DNA of 47,868 nucleotides from Paraglomus brasilianum (Eukaryota): NCBI GenBank assembly GCA_910592345.1, contig CAJVPI010000157.1, positions 1 to 47,868 of the forward strand, read 5' to 3'. Shown piece by piece: positions 25,011 to 39,004 of this stretch (position 1 is its first letter; each line of letters starts with the position of its first letter). The notes under the pieces were generated by a model. It saw only the letters and a program-made list of their open reading frames with translations, ran no database searches and was not told where the DNA came from. The position numbers and the translations under genes were made by a program.

Positions 25011-25688
25011 ATTACTATCTTTTGTATATTTCACGCGCAAGGACTTCTCAGTGAAGATCTACACGAGGAGCGAAAGCATGGCAGCTCTTAAGGAAGAGGT
25101 CTGAAAAAAGAAGCAACATGAGCTCTGCGACTATGACGCTGACAGGCTCGATATTTGGCGGGTGGAACACAGAGTCGCCTCCCAGAATGACCCAAACATC
25201 GACATTCAGAGCGCGCTGCAAGGTGTACGAGCTGATGAAATGGATGGTGGTGTGGTCGACGTGTTTGGCAACAATTCCCTTCCCAAAAAGCATATCCATG
25301 CTATTGTGGTGCGCCTGTTGTGTCTAAGTTCGGGACCTGTCTCAGAACTCAGTTGTCTCAGTTCCAGACATCGCTATACAACATTTCTTTTACGGCACAA
25401 ACTATTATGCGCGTGTTCTCATTGAATGGCATGTTCATTTGCCCTGTCACAGTGAAGCCAAAAAGGACAGCATTCATATGGGCAGTGAATGTCGACGAAA
25501 GCACCATCGTAAATTGGTCGGATATAGAAAATATCCATGAAGTAATTACCACCGACTATGATGCAGAAAAATCGTTCATGAAAAACGATTCAGATCTGCG
25601 CAACGAACTGAAAAGTATGACAACTAAAGAAACTCGTCGCTTTGCTATCTCGTACGTATGTTCAAAGTCGACGCTAGGGATTAGCTAA
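25011..25688 (+). pseudogene. Crinkler (CRN) family pseudogene: ubiquitin-like N-terminal domain plus a fragment of the downstream domain
   Basis: ITIFCIFH, frameshift, then DFSVKIYTRSESMAALKEEV*KKKQHELCDYDADRLDIWRV...LPKKHIHAIVV (LWKV/LFLAK-like and HVLV-like motifs) with an in-frame TGA near 25102. It is followed by VTVKPKRTAFIWAVNV...NDSDLRNELK. The start codon appears lost. Confidence 0.75.
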
Positions 25689-26183
25689 GTTCTACTTTTA
25701 GTTAAATAGTAACCGTTAAACTAGGCTTTTCTATCTGCAGACGCTAATCCTAGATAATTAATCGTTCTCGCTATTATCTTCCGATGGGATTAAGCGAGAA
25801 GGGACATCTTGTTAATTTTGATCTTTAAGAGTAAAAGTTGGGGGGATAGGAGGGTGAGTCTGCAAAAACCTGGGTTGATTAATTGTGGATATTTTCGTAT
25901 AACAAGACCACGACCTTCTTTTATCTAGATTGAATATAGTAAGTTTAACAGCATTGAAAACACAGCTTAGTTTAAAAGGCGCGCGTGATTAGTATTGCTT
26001 TACGATTATTATATTATTTTATAAGTTAATCCATAGTAGTCAATAAAGACGTAAATTTTGCATAAGCTTCTGGCCCTGAGCAATCCCAGAGACAATTAAC
26101 AGATTAACAAAATTGTAACGATATTTATGGTGGGGGAAGAGAAATTCGAAACACAGATGAGAATGTTCAATAAGGTTTTTAAG

Positions 26184-26290
26184 TAATAGATACACGTATA
26201 CATTCTAACTTTTTATCATGTAATAGATAACGTATACATCCAACTTTTTATCATGTAATAGATAACGTGTACATCCAACTTTTTATCGTG
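26184..26290. repeat. Tandem repeat, ~35 bp x 3
   Basis: Unit TAATAGATAACGTATACATCCAACTTTTTATCATG at 26184-26220, 26221-26255 and 26256-26290, with no spacers. Confidence 0.9.
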
Positions 26291-28425
26291 CACGGCATAT
26301 AAACAGTTTTGCTTATTTAAATACTAAAAGTGTAATTCAGCACGAGAGCGGAGTTGTCGATTGGTTTGCTCATTTGTTAATAATATTTCATTGCATTTTG
26401 AATTTACTTTATTCTTAATACAAAACTTGCTTTACTAATGAAATTGAGAATAACGTTACTGAACTGGATAACATACATTCCTACGCGTTGCTTCCTTTAT
26501 TACGTAGACCAATTGAGAATACGATGAGTATTATCTTCATCTGTTGAGTTTTAGCTACTAGTTTGTCGTTCTTTAGAAACCTGAAGATTTAAAGTTGTAA
26601 AGGATTCTATTCCTGTGGATTAAGAAATTGGCTTACATAATGCATTTAGAGACGCTCATTTTTTAGAGAGGCTAAAAACCTTTGCTCAATTTCCTCGAAC
26701 CACAAATGGTGCAAACAATGAGACTAAATACACTCAAATATAAGACTAGTTGATATAAATATTTATCGTTTTACAGACATTCAAGATGTCAACAAGCACA
26801 CTAACTTAACAAGTATTTACTCCCCATTTATCATTTGACGGTATTGAATGATCAAAATAAAAAGTAATTGTGGGTTATAATATGATTACAAAACTAAAAA
26901 TATATCGTGGCGGTATGTTGTCCAACACGTCCCAATTACAAATTGAAGAAAGACTCACAAGGAGCGGGCGTTATCTCTAGGCATCGAGTTCCCAGTAAAT
27001 TATAAATGGGTCCATATATGGGAATAATCCTAGCACAATATAATTTCTAAAAATTTATTTACACCAATCCTCGTACAGACAGGGGACGGGTTGCGGGAAC
27101 GCTTGAACTTTGAATTGGATTGTGTATCGTCGTGTGTATCCGTGTGTATTACAAATCCATATATAATGGTTAGTAAATTCGGACATTAAATAATAATGAT
27201 GAATGACGATCATTACAAGAACTTCGCATTCTAAAATTGATGGATTTGCCCATTGACCTTTTCAATGTTTAATAGCAAATCTATCGGTATACACCACAAA
27301 AATGCTAGAGACTTTGGTATAATATGGCGTGCGTACCTGAAACAATTTCGATGCCTCATTTATCCTACATTTTGGTGCTTGCTACATGTAACACACGTCG
27401 TTAATATTATTCTTTTTTACAGACGCAGCAATTAAGCTCAATGATCGTTCCGGATGTCTTTCCATTCTCAACAAGGATCAACTTTATCGATCTATATGTT
27501 TCACGTACACTGATGTGTGACAACAACAACAACCTCACGAAAATGGTTGAGGTTCGGTTACGAAGCAACCCCTTATAGAACAACGAGACGCATTAACTGA
27601 TCCATTCATTTATATTAATATAAACAGAAGAGCACAATCACTCCATTGTTATTGTTGACTCGCTACCCATTATATATCTATTTCCAGTAGTTGTTCATAA
27701 AATGCATTCATTCATCACAGTCAACCGCTTTTCTTATCTCCGAGAAGCGGACATTAAAGAAGAGAGTAACAATATTATAATGTTGAAGAATTGTATTACC
27801 GAAATATCGGGTTTGAATTCATCAATATTAAACATTGGTGTAAATTAATACTGTAAATTTTTCTTTCTTTCTAAATGCAAATGTATATTTGTTATACGCA
27901 TATGCAGGTCGTGCATTAATTAAATGACAAACATGGCTGTAAACTAAACACTTAGAAATTGCTGGATTTTTTTTATGTAAGTCAATTTGGGTATTTGGAT
28001 ACTGTCGCCAGATGTTACCATGTCACAATTGCGGTACCAAATAAATAATAACCCAACCCATAATACGCACCAATTAAATGTCTTGGGTTATATACCAATA
28101 AACAGCGAGAAACTGCTATATTTTGCCTTGTACATGGGAAGTGAAATTTTTTTGGAATTGACATAAAGAAATTTGGAACCCAACAAAGAATGCATGTAAC
28201 CTTCTAAGCTTCAGATTCATTTCCATGTTTATCGCATACAACACCACAATAGGTTTGAGTGGCAGGCAGTATACGTCAAATAAAGTAACTGTGATGAAAG
28301 AAAAAAGCATATAAAGAGTTTAAGCGGGGAAAAGATGAGAAAAAAAACTGTCTTCCTCCAATCCTCGGCATTTACTTTTTACCACCTACACAGCCTATTC
28401 CCATCGGCCTGCTAAAACCCGAAAC

Positions 28426-29092
28426 ATGGACATGGTTTTCGATAATCGCCCATCTATTTTCTCCGAAATGCCTGAAATCGCGACTCCCACACGTCAAAAA
28501 GTCACAACAGCATGTATAGGCTGTCAAGTGCGGCGGATCAGATGCACAGGTGTTGCACCGTGTGATGGCTGCAAGAAGCAGAATCGCGTGTGCAAATTTA
28601 TGGAGCCAACCAAAAAACGTGGGCCTCAAAAAGATTACAAACAGCGTGTCTCAGAACAAATAGAACTTATCGAAAAAACATTAATTAAATTACAACATCG
28701 TATAGAAAAGCACAAACAAAGAAAAAAGAGGGAAAGAGGGAGCTCAAGTAAGTCGTTGCATTCGAGACAAGGTAAGACCATTATAAATATACAATATTGA
28801 TAGCCACAAATTGACTAGACTTTGTGCGTTCACTTTAAGTATTCGTTAACATTAGCCAATCAAACATATAAAGTAGAAACACCAGAGTTAGTGACGCTAG
28901 TTATTCATGTGCTCCTTTCTGTTTACAGTCGCGAATTCCCCGTACTTGAACTGTCCCGTTCACGGGACGAGCCGAAATTACGAGTATATAAATCTTGGCT
29001 ACGATCCACTTTTATATACTTACCCTGAACTGTCCGCACCGAATAATACAGAATTGACTTATTACAATTCTGATTCTAATTTGTTTTGGTAG
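28426..29092 (+). CDS. Small Zn(II)2Cys6 (Gal4-type) transcription factor, 2 exons
   Basis: ACIGCQVRRIRCTGVAPCDGCKKQNRVCKF (C-x2-C-x6-C-x5-C-x2-C-x6-C), KKRGP linker and a coiled coil. Donor at 28748 or 28772, acceptor ~28927, last exon ends ...DSNLFW-TAG. Confidence 0.88.
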
Positions 29093-30110
29093 AGACAATC
29101 TGCATCGATTTGTAAAAAGAAGAGGCAGTTTAAATTGGAGAATAATAAGTGGGTTTATTAGTTGTTGAAATATAATTTTTATGATAGTCAATTGTATAAC
29201 AGTAATACGTCAAATGACAAGCGGCAATGAACCGACATGCTTCAGATAATAATAATATACTTGTATTTACTACACTAAGGTTTTCTTCCCCTTAAAGGTT
29301 GCTTGTATTTTATCGACTAATCAGACGCATTTTTGCATTAGAAAAGTTGTAAAGTGATATCAAAAAAGTTGATATAATTTATTATTGTATATCGAATCAA
29401 ACGTGACAAGGTTCATATTATTATATAACGTGATCTATGAGTTAAGTCTACTTACCACAAACTGGGGTGTAGAAAAATGCACATTCTTGCCAAGTTGTCA
29501 TCGGTAATCGTTATCAAATTAAAATGCGGCTGAATGTATAGAATTAGAATGTACAATAGCGCTTCGTGTGACAATGGTGTGACAGATCATCTGACTGTTA
29601 GAAACTGTTTTCAACAAACCGTTATATTATTTTTTCATCACGTCAAAGAGCCCAAGAAAACCAAATGCAGGCTTGGTACGGACGGATCTCTGGACTAATT
29701 AGACGGAATATAGACACACACTTGAACATTGCATAATAATACATTTTACATTTAATTGTAATCCCTTTTTTTAATTAGAATAAAAGAATAAGGTGAGATT
29801 GGGTACTTTGACAGATCGCAAAAGATCAGTGTTATGACGGGGGTTATATAAGGATAGAGGAAACTCGATAGTTTTAAACGCTTTTTGCATTGGATTTGCA
29901 AGAGCCTTTTACTATGATTCCATGAATTGCAGTGTTCGAAATCGATTTTTTATATCAATCACGGAATCGCAAAGATTTTTACACGCATTTGACTACCATT
30001 CGACAAATCACCGACTGCAAACCTTACAATCTATCACAATTTCAATCTGGTTCTAATATTCACCTTGTACTAATCACTTCCGTCAGATCGATCGATCCTA
30101 ACCACAAACT

Positions 30111-31458
30111 ATGGCCACAACAACATCCGAAACGCCGCTAGAAACTCAACATGGACCCGAGATAGCTAGCGAGAGCGCAGATGAGGTGGCATATTCTTCC
30201 GAGGCATTAAGTGCCGGACATCCATCTCACGATGCGGATTTGCTTCACTCATCAGAAATTGCATCACCAACGAGCGCAATACAGTCGCATGTGAAATTTA
30301 ATGTGAATTTGACCTCGGTGTCATCGAGTGCTGTATTTATTGTTAATGCTTTAGAGAGTATAGCGTCTAGCAAAGAGGCAAGGAGGAACAAGAAATTGAA
30401 AGAGAGCGTGTCCAAAGCTTTAGGTAGGCTCTACGTTAGAAACCTAAGGGCAGATAAAGCCGATGATTGACATACATGTATGCGCGTTGGTGTTGACCTT
30501 TATTCTCGAATGGTTCACTGATTATAATACGGGTTTATCTACAGATATGGTTCAGCATGATGAGAATGGAAAAGACAGGTGACTAGCATAGTTGACTTAT
30601 TACTGTGGTATATCGCCATCTCTAAATTACCGTCTGTCTTCTTCTCCTGCCCACGTCTGTAGCCAAAACCTAAACAGCTTTGACGGATATATAATTTTCG
30701 AGCCTCTGCAACTAGCATGTCAAACAGGCTCCACGACTTTAATGATCACGGCTCTCGACTGTATAAGTAAACTCATCTCTTATAACTATCTCATAGAACA
30801 CGACACTCGCTCTTCTACTCTGCCTCCTGATACTACTTCACTTCCGACTGAAACCGAACACGAGAATGAATCCGGAGCCACACCGGCAAAAGTGGAGAAA
30901 CGACTTTTGATGGAAATGGTGGTTGATACAATTTGTGATTGTTTTGTCGGTGAGAGCACTGATGACAAGGTCCAATTACAAATTGTTAAGGTATGAAAAA
31001 GTCAGGGAAATTTGTTTACTATATGGGGCTCTTTAATGGATACTACGACCGCGGTAATATGCCGCTCACATTTGTGAATTATTCTTGTCTTTTATAGGCT
31101 CTTTTGGCCGCAGTATCATCCACAACAAATCCGATACATCAAACTCCTCTCCTCAAAGCCATCCGTACATCCTACAACATCTTTCTACTTTCTCGTAATT
31201 CGGCCAACCAAACCATAGCTCAAGGCACGCTGACCCAAATGGTTCACCATGTTTTTAGCAGAATAAAACTTGACGGATTGACGGCCTCCCTTCCTTCTCC
31301 AACCTCTTCTATTCCTAATAGTAATTCCAACTCGAATTTGCCCTCTACCATATCATATGATAACATACTGTCCCATACAATCGCCTCTTCTGGGACAGCC
31401 GAGACTGAAGTAGATTTGGGAACCATTACCAAATCAGATAGTGATGACATTCATTCCA

Positions 31459-31492
<34 letters not shown>

Positions 31493-34400
31493 AAACGAGA
31501 ATGAAGTTGGTAAAATTGGGCAATTGGAAGAAGGAAACGACTCTAGGGAGGAGATTATGAAGGCTGTTGAGGAAGAAATGGAAGGGGTGAGAGGCGAAGA
31601 GAGTAATGTGAAAGGCGCCCAGATTGGAGGGAGAGGCGGTAGCGAGCGAAAGAATAATAGTGGGTAGGTCGGAAATTTTAGTTTAGTATGCGATATCCAT
31701 GTTTTCGAGGTTCTAAAAGAAGACCATGCATATTATTTGTTTAATCGCAACTTATAACATTGTATATTTTAAATCTATCCGATCAAGGTCCGTTCCACCT
31801 TCACCTACTCATCCACCTTTATCACCGGCCCAGCACATATCTTTCACCTTTGGTCACTCCAACCTCTACGCCAAAGACGCTTTTCTCGTATTTCGTGCAC
31901 TCTGCAAGTTGTCAATGAAACCCGTCACTTCTGAAACGTCTGATTTAAAATCACATTCTATGCGGTCCAAACTTCTCTCACTTCATTTGATCCTGACGAT
32001 TCTCTCGTCACACATGCAAGTGTTCACATCACCCAACGTGGTTATCGTCAGTTCGTCGACCAATGAAGCGATTTCATTTATTCAATCCGTAAAGCAGTAT
32101 CTGTGTTTGAGCTTGAGTAGGAACGCGGTTAGCCCCGTGCCGCAAGTGTTCGAGATTAGTTTAGAGATTTTTTGGAAATGCATGAATCAATTGAGAGTGC
32201 ATTTGAAAGTGAGTATACAAAGAACGGTATTTCCTGTGATGAAAAAGAAGCAATGGGGTAGAATGGTGTTTTTGCATATATGGTCTTTTCTTTACGTAAT
32301 CTATCTTCTAATTTGTCATTGGATATATTATATGTACTGGACAGAAAGAAATTGAAGTCTTCTTCAATGAAATCTTCTTGCCTATTCTAGAGATGCGTAA
32401 TTCATCAACACAACAAAAGTATGCTTTGCTCAACGTCCTTCTGAGAATATGTGCTGATCCGCAGGCCTTGGTCGAAATCTATCTAAATTACGATTGTGAA
32501 AGAGAAGCCGTTGATAACATTTACGAAAGGTATATACGCATACTTATGGCCAGCATCATCAAGATGTTATTTTGTATTGATTCTCTTTTTTTCCCCTCGT
32601 TTTCTGTACGTGTATGTTTTACGTGTACACATCAGAATTGTCAATATTGTATCGAAAATAACCACATCGGCCTCATCTGCCATTGTCTCCGATACAACAA
32701 AAGAACGTGACTCCAACTCTATCACGTCTTCGCTTCAAAACAATTCCGCATCTGTAGTTATTCCTCCATCCCTCAGTATTGCCTCTATGTCTACCAATAC
32801 CAAGGCCCAACAAACCGCTGCAAATAACGCGGCTCAACTGGCTCTCCGCGGTCAAGGTCTTGAATGTCTCGTATCCATACTTCGTTCTCTTGTTGCCTGG
32901 TGCAGTAGCAAACAATCAACTGATAACGAGGAAGAGACTGAAATCACAAGCAGAAAGAGCGAAGAGACATTACAAGACACATCATCGCCTTTGTCGCCTA
33001 GCGCAGTTGGAACGCCCATAAGGTCGTCGCCTACGTCATCGACAATGTCTGTGGGTTCGTCGTCGCAAAGTAGTAACATAGAAAAGACGAAAGCTATGGA
33101 TGATCCCGAACAATTTGAAAGATCAAAGCAAAGGAAACAAGTACTGCAAGAAGGCATCAGAAAATTTAATTTCAAACCCAAAAGGGGTATTGAAGCTCTT
33201 ATCGCTTCGGATTTTATTTCATCTTCTGAACCGATTGAAATTGCAAAATTCCTACTAACTACAGAAGGATTGAATAAAACAATGATTGGGGAGTACCTTG
33301 GAGAGGGCAATACTGAGAACATTGCAATCATGCATGCTTTTGTTGATATGATGGATTTTACATCTACAAAGTTTGTGGATGCATTGAAGAAATTTTTGCA
33401 AAGTTTTAGGTTACCTGGTGAAGCGCAAAAGATTGATAGATTCATGTTAAAGTTTGCTGAAAGATATGTCGATGGGAATCCCAAGGAATTTGCTAATGCT
33501 GGTGAGAAAAATACGATGGACAGATGGAGCATTCTTGTCATTCTCGTGATAATCGCTTCTATACGGTTTCACTAATCATTGCACAATTAAAATTTTTATC
33601 TTGCCACCAAAAGATACTGCCTACGTTCTCGCATACTCGGTAATAATGCTCAACACTGATCTCCACAACCCGCAAATAAAACGTCGGATGACCAAACAAG
33701 AATTTATCAAGAACAACCGTGGCATTAACGATAATGCTGATCTACCCGAGGAACTGCTCTCGGCTATTTACGACGAAATACAGAATAATGAAATAAAAAT
33801 GAAAGATGAGCAAGATGCTGCTTTGATGCAACATGCTGTTCCGCCGTCAAGTGGAGGTATTGCTGGTTTAGGAAGTGCATTGGCAAATGTAGGAAGAGAT
33901 TTCAAGAGAGAAGCTTATGTTGCTGCGTCGGAGGAGATGGCTAACAAGACCGAGGTATCCTGTGTCTATCATTTACGCCCAATATTATCTCTTGTCTAAT
34001 ATGTGTGCACATTATCAACTGATACCTTGTTTCTTACCCGCTTTTAGAACCTCTTTCGTTCGATGGTTCGAGCTCAACGAAGAGGTATATACACGGCAAA
34101 CACGACTTTCTACTCTGCCTCGCAAATCGAACACGTACGCCCTATGTTCGAAGTAGCCTGGATGCCCGTTCTTGCCGGTCTCTCTGCGCCTTTACAAGAT
34201 ACAGAGGATCTTGAGACAGCCAACTTTGCCATAGAAGGATTTAAGCTTGCCATTCGTATTGTCTGTCTGTTTGATATGGAATTAGAACGTAACGCATTTG
34301 TGACTACATTATCCAAATTTACATTTTTGAACAATCTGGGGGAGATGAAACCAAAAAATGTGGAAGCTATTAAAACATTGTTAGGAATTGCATTGATCGA

Positions 34401-37400
34401 GGGAAATAGTTTGAAAGGGTCGTGGAGGGAAGTTTTGACCTGTGTGAGCCAGTTAGAAAGGTTTCAACTAATTAGTACGGGAGTTGATCAGACGACAGTG
34501 CCTGATTTATTTAATGCTAGGAAACAACCGAGGTGTGTTACAGTCCGTGAATAATTAACAGCTTTGATTTATTGTACTGAAATCTAGATGGGCAATGTAT
34601 TGATCCAATGTGTTGTATTTATATCTATGTTGAAGTAGGAAGCAATCGGTTGATGAAAAATCAAGAAGAACTTCGCTGTCCAGAAGGCTGTCGAAACCAT
34701 CCCCATATGTAAGTTTGGCAAATAATTCTAGTTATATTTATTTAAGAGCATGGGTTTTTGATTAACAATTCTTGCTAAACAGGTTGTTTATGCGGAAGAC
34801 GTGGCATTGGAGAGTCGTTCTTCGCAGGTGGTTGTTGCTGCGGATAAAATCTTTAGTACCAGTCCTAAACTCTCTGGGGTAATATATATTATTTTCATGA
34901 CTATGCTTTCAGTTGACAAGTGCTCGCTAATCAGAATTTCTCGGTGGAATTATTTAGACAGCTATCGTTGAATTTGTGCGTGCTCTGAGTGATGTCTCAT
35001 GGGAGGAAATTCAATCTTCTTCGATGACTGAGCATCCGCGAATTTTTAGTCTTCAAAAGTTGGTCGAAATTTCATATTATAATATGAGCCGCATTCGTAT
35101 GGAATGGTCTAAAATGTGGCAGATACTGGGAGAGCATTTCAAACAGGTGACTATGTTATTACATCAATCTCTTGTTAATTCTGTAAATGTGCTTAATTGT
35201 TAATCGTTCCCCGTTACAGGTCGGATGTCATCCAAATGTGAACGTCGGATTTTTTGCAATTGATTCTCTTCGGCAATTGTCAATGCAGTTCTTGGACAAA
35301 GAGGAACTACCTCATTTCCAATTCCAAAAGGATTTTCTGAAACCATTCGCTTACATTCTGGCTAATAATCCTAACATTGCTATTAAGGATATGGTTAGTT
35401 ATTGCTTTTGATAAACGTTACTGAATTACGAATTGCAGGTGGGCTGTATTGAATATTATTTGATCTATTTGTAGATATTGAGATGCATGCAGCAGATGGT
35501 GCAAGCGAGATCCCAAAATCTTAAATCTGGTTGGAAGACAATGTTTGGAGTATACGCTGCTGCTGCCAGAGAGAACAATGGTGAGCGGGAGGAATTTTGA
35601 TCGATGAAAAGACCTCTTTTTTTTTATTGTACTAATCTAACAAAATTTGTAATTTTTTGTTATTCCAATTCGCTATATATATTTTTTCAGAGTCTATCGT
35701 ATTGATGGCATTTGACTTGGTTAAAGGATTATTTAACAACCATTTTGAAGCAGTTGTATCGAATAGTACTTACCCTGACTTGATGGTGTGTTTGTGTGAA
35801 TTCTGTAAGAATAATAACTACCAAAAGATCAGGTAAAACATATGTGTATTGTCAAGATGCACTTACTTGAAATTTATAGTACTCATTTATTCTGATCGTC
35901 TACAGTCTTCAAGCGATCGAACTCATTTCTCAGTCATTGTTAAAGATGTTGGAATATCCAAAATACCACATCACAGCCACTGTTCTCTCTGCTGACGGTA
36001 TATCGACAGAGGGCAAATTTATCACGAATGATGATCCATCATTTAAATTTTGGTATCCCGTATTATTTGGATTTCATGATGTCCTCATGAATAGTGACGA
36101 TCTTGAAGTTAGAACAAGGTAATGAGAAGAATACGGATAGTCACAAAGACAATAATGCGGCGAGGATTTGAAACTTGCAAGCAGGACTACGGATTATTGA
36201 ATCTCTAACTGTTTCCGTATGCGATTCAAATTTCTTCCCGCATTACAGGGCATTGAATTACTTATTTGACACATTGAAGAAATATGGGCTTAGATATTCT
36301 GAAGAGTTCTGGGATGTAATCTGTAGACAAGTTCTATTTCCTATATTTGGTGTATTAAAATCGAAATCGGATGTTTCCAAATTTGCCAACCAGGAGGATA
36401 TGAGTGTTTGGTTATCGACTACAATGATACAAGCACTTCGAAATTTAGTTGATCTCTTCACTTACTACTTCGAGACACTTGGAAATATGATAGAGGGCAT
36501 TTTAGATTTGTTGGGTTCGTGTTTATGTCAAGGTAAGAAGGCAGTGTCGTTATTTGACATATACTACTTTTGACATCCGTAATCTATGCTCACACTTCTC
36601 AATCAATCATTTGTATTTGAAACAGAAAACGACACTCTGGCAAGAATAGGCAGTTCTTGTTTGCAACAACTTGTAGAAGATAATACAAACAAGCTGAATT
36701 ACAGTCATTGGTGTAAATTGAGTCAGATGTTTGCGCGGTTATTTAAAAGAACAACACCGTATAAACTACTGGATGATGCTCATCATTACAGAAACGCAGC
36801 AAAGAAGATTGTCGAACAGATAGCCAAACAAGAAATCGAGAGCAAAGATGGGAACGATAACAAAGATGATAACGAGAATATCAACGATAATAAGAATGGG
36901 AAAGAGAGAGAGCGAATAAAAAGCAGCGACGGTAAAAAAATTTTAAATAAGTTGTTGGGCACAATATTACAATCATATGGAAGTGTACTTTTACGTTGAT
37001 TGTATTAATGACTAGTTTGAATATCTTTGGTCTTCATCAGAATCGGAACACTCAAATGGTCGAAGCTCTGTCTTGGAAATTGGTGTTGAGTCTCATTCAA
37101 CCATTTCTACTAACGAGGTTCTACTCAGAAAACAAGATAATCTAAAAATCGAATTAAGTGAAGAGAGGAAAGAAGAGTTTAATGATATAATAGTCAAATG
37201 TATCCAGCAAATAGTGTTGATTGATACTGTCAAAGAATTAATTGGCAAAGACTCTGTGTATGAAGCAATGCCAGTTGATCAGATATTAGTAATTGCAGAG
37301 TGTTTGCACCAAAGTCATTTGTTTGCAAGGAAGTTTAATGCGAGAATGGATGTTAGGATCGCTCTGTGGAGGATTGGTGAGTAGTAGAGATTAAGGGTAA

Positions 37401-38048
37401 AGGATGTGAAATTTCGTAAGAGATTGTTAATCGATTGTTTGTATAATGATATAGGCTTCATGAATCAGTTACCCAACCTATTGAAGCAAGAGACAATTAG
37501 TGCAATTTGTTATTTTGAATTTCTCACTAAGCTGCGGAAAGAAGATGATGACCGCCTTTTATCAAAGAAGGATGAAGTAAAGAACAAACTTGTCTCGTGA
37601 GTATTGAACTTATTTTAGTATCAATAATTTATTTACAGCAATTAGCGAGCGACCATCATTTCTGATAAACCATATTCTGATTGATCTCGCTGACTTTATT
37701 TATTATCAGATTTATATCCCATATATTAAAACAATTCTCAACGATGGAGCCAGACACTCAGAACAAGAACGTGCTTGCATGGTCATCCGTCGTCACTTCA
37801 GTCCTTGAAGCATACATCGATTTGGAAGACGATGATGTAGGTTTATATTGTCTAGAATTTTTATCTGATGAATCCTCGATACGTGACTAATACGTTTGAC
37901 TTAATTCTTGTAGTTTCGCCATTATCTCTCTGAAATATATCCAGACGCAATAAACCTCTTATCCCGTGAGATTTCTTCAGACGTGCGGATGGCATTACAC
38001 AACTTTCTCCTTCGTACCGGATTATTATATAATATCGTCCAGGATTAA
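30111..38048 (+). CDS. SEC7: Sec7/BIG-family large Arf guanine-nucleotide exchange factor, multi-exon
   Basis: DCB ([20 protein letters not shown]), HUS box YLNYDC, Sec7 domain with [14 protein letters not shown] and [15 protein letters not shown] regions ([49 protein letters not shown]). Last exon ends IVQD-TAA at 38046-38048. Confidence 0.96.
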
Positions 38049-38875
38049 TTAACTTAGAACTATATTTTTGTATTTTATAATGGATAATATGATGGCAGAA
38101 AACGTGATTTGTCCTACCCTTTATTTTTACTTACTATTATTATGTGCACAAAATTTGGTTCAGATTTCCAATAATATTTTCTCCGAGAAAATTTTTTGAA
38201 CGCGTAAGGTTAATAGACTACACTTAGGTAAAAAACCCTTTAATCATCCAATCCGTTTCAAATAGGTTGAGTAACATATCTTGTATTCAATATCAACAAG
38301 TATCTAATAAGTTCAATTCTGGTAAAATTAGCTTTTCGGTAAGACTTTTTCGGTTTCAACTATTCGCTTGATTATTATCTGGCAATTCAGCAACCTATAC
38401 TATTGGATCAATAAATAAATACGAAATAATTGGTTGACTTTTTGAAATAATAACTATTGTGAACTTAAAAAATCACTGCATATTACAAGGTATTAGAACG
38501 TCCAAATATTGTTTAATTGTGCTTCATAGAAGTAGCCCTGCCGCTGTCTTTGTATTATTATTATCGAGTCAACAACCGCGGGAGAGCTATCGATTATTAT
38601 TATTGACTCTAGGGAATTTCGAACGGAGTTGTGGCGTCTCCTAAATAAAATGACAGTGACCTTTTAAGTAAGCTTTTCTACTCGTAACCTCAGTGTCGAT
38701 GCGTAGACACTAATCCTCGATAATTAATCCGTCCTCTACCAATCGATAGTCTACAAACGCGTTTCGTAATAACCGATTAATTAACGTAAATGCGGTTTAT
38801 CGGTAATACCAGGGAATAAAATAAAAATCGTGTATTTCAGAGTAAGAGCTACTCGTTTATTAATAATAAGATATA

Positions 38876-38989
38876 CAGTCAACTCTGTTTATACCGGAAA
38901 TGTATATACTAATACCGGACGGACCGCATATACCAGTTCCGGAAGAACACAGAAAGCTATTACTATGCCAACCCGTACATAGTTGACTG
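38876..38989. mobile_element. 114-bp pogo/Tc1-mariner-type MITE with TA target-site duplication
   Basis: TA|CAGTCAACTCTGT ... ACATAGTTGACTG|TA, a 12/13 inverted match. Confidence 0.75.
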
Positions 38990-39004
38990 TAATAATAACA
39001 CGTA

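Noticed and set aside
26184..26290. 35-bp repeats of CRISPR-like length
   Set aside because: Copies are contiguous with no spacers, there are no cas genes, and the context is eukaryotic.
31458..31490. GAT/GAC trinucleotide run
   Set aside because: Ordinary poly-Asp tract in a disordered SEC7 linker.
32852..33541. 229-aa antisense ORF, plus similar antisense/alternate-frame ORFs within HIS4, kinesin, kinase, RPL31 and FMO
   Set aside because: Shadows of real coding exons with no independent motifs.
33955..34048. SEC7 intron starting GTATCCTG as a possible second U12 intron
   Set aside because: The donor deviates from GTATCCTT and no TCCTTAAC branch site is present; most likely U2-type.
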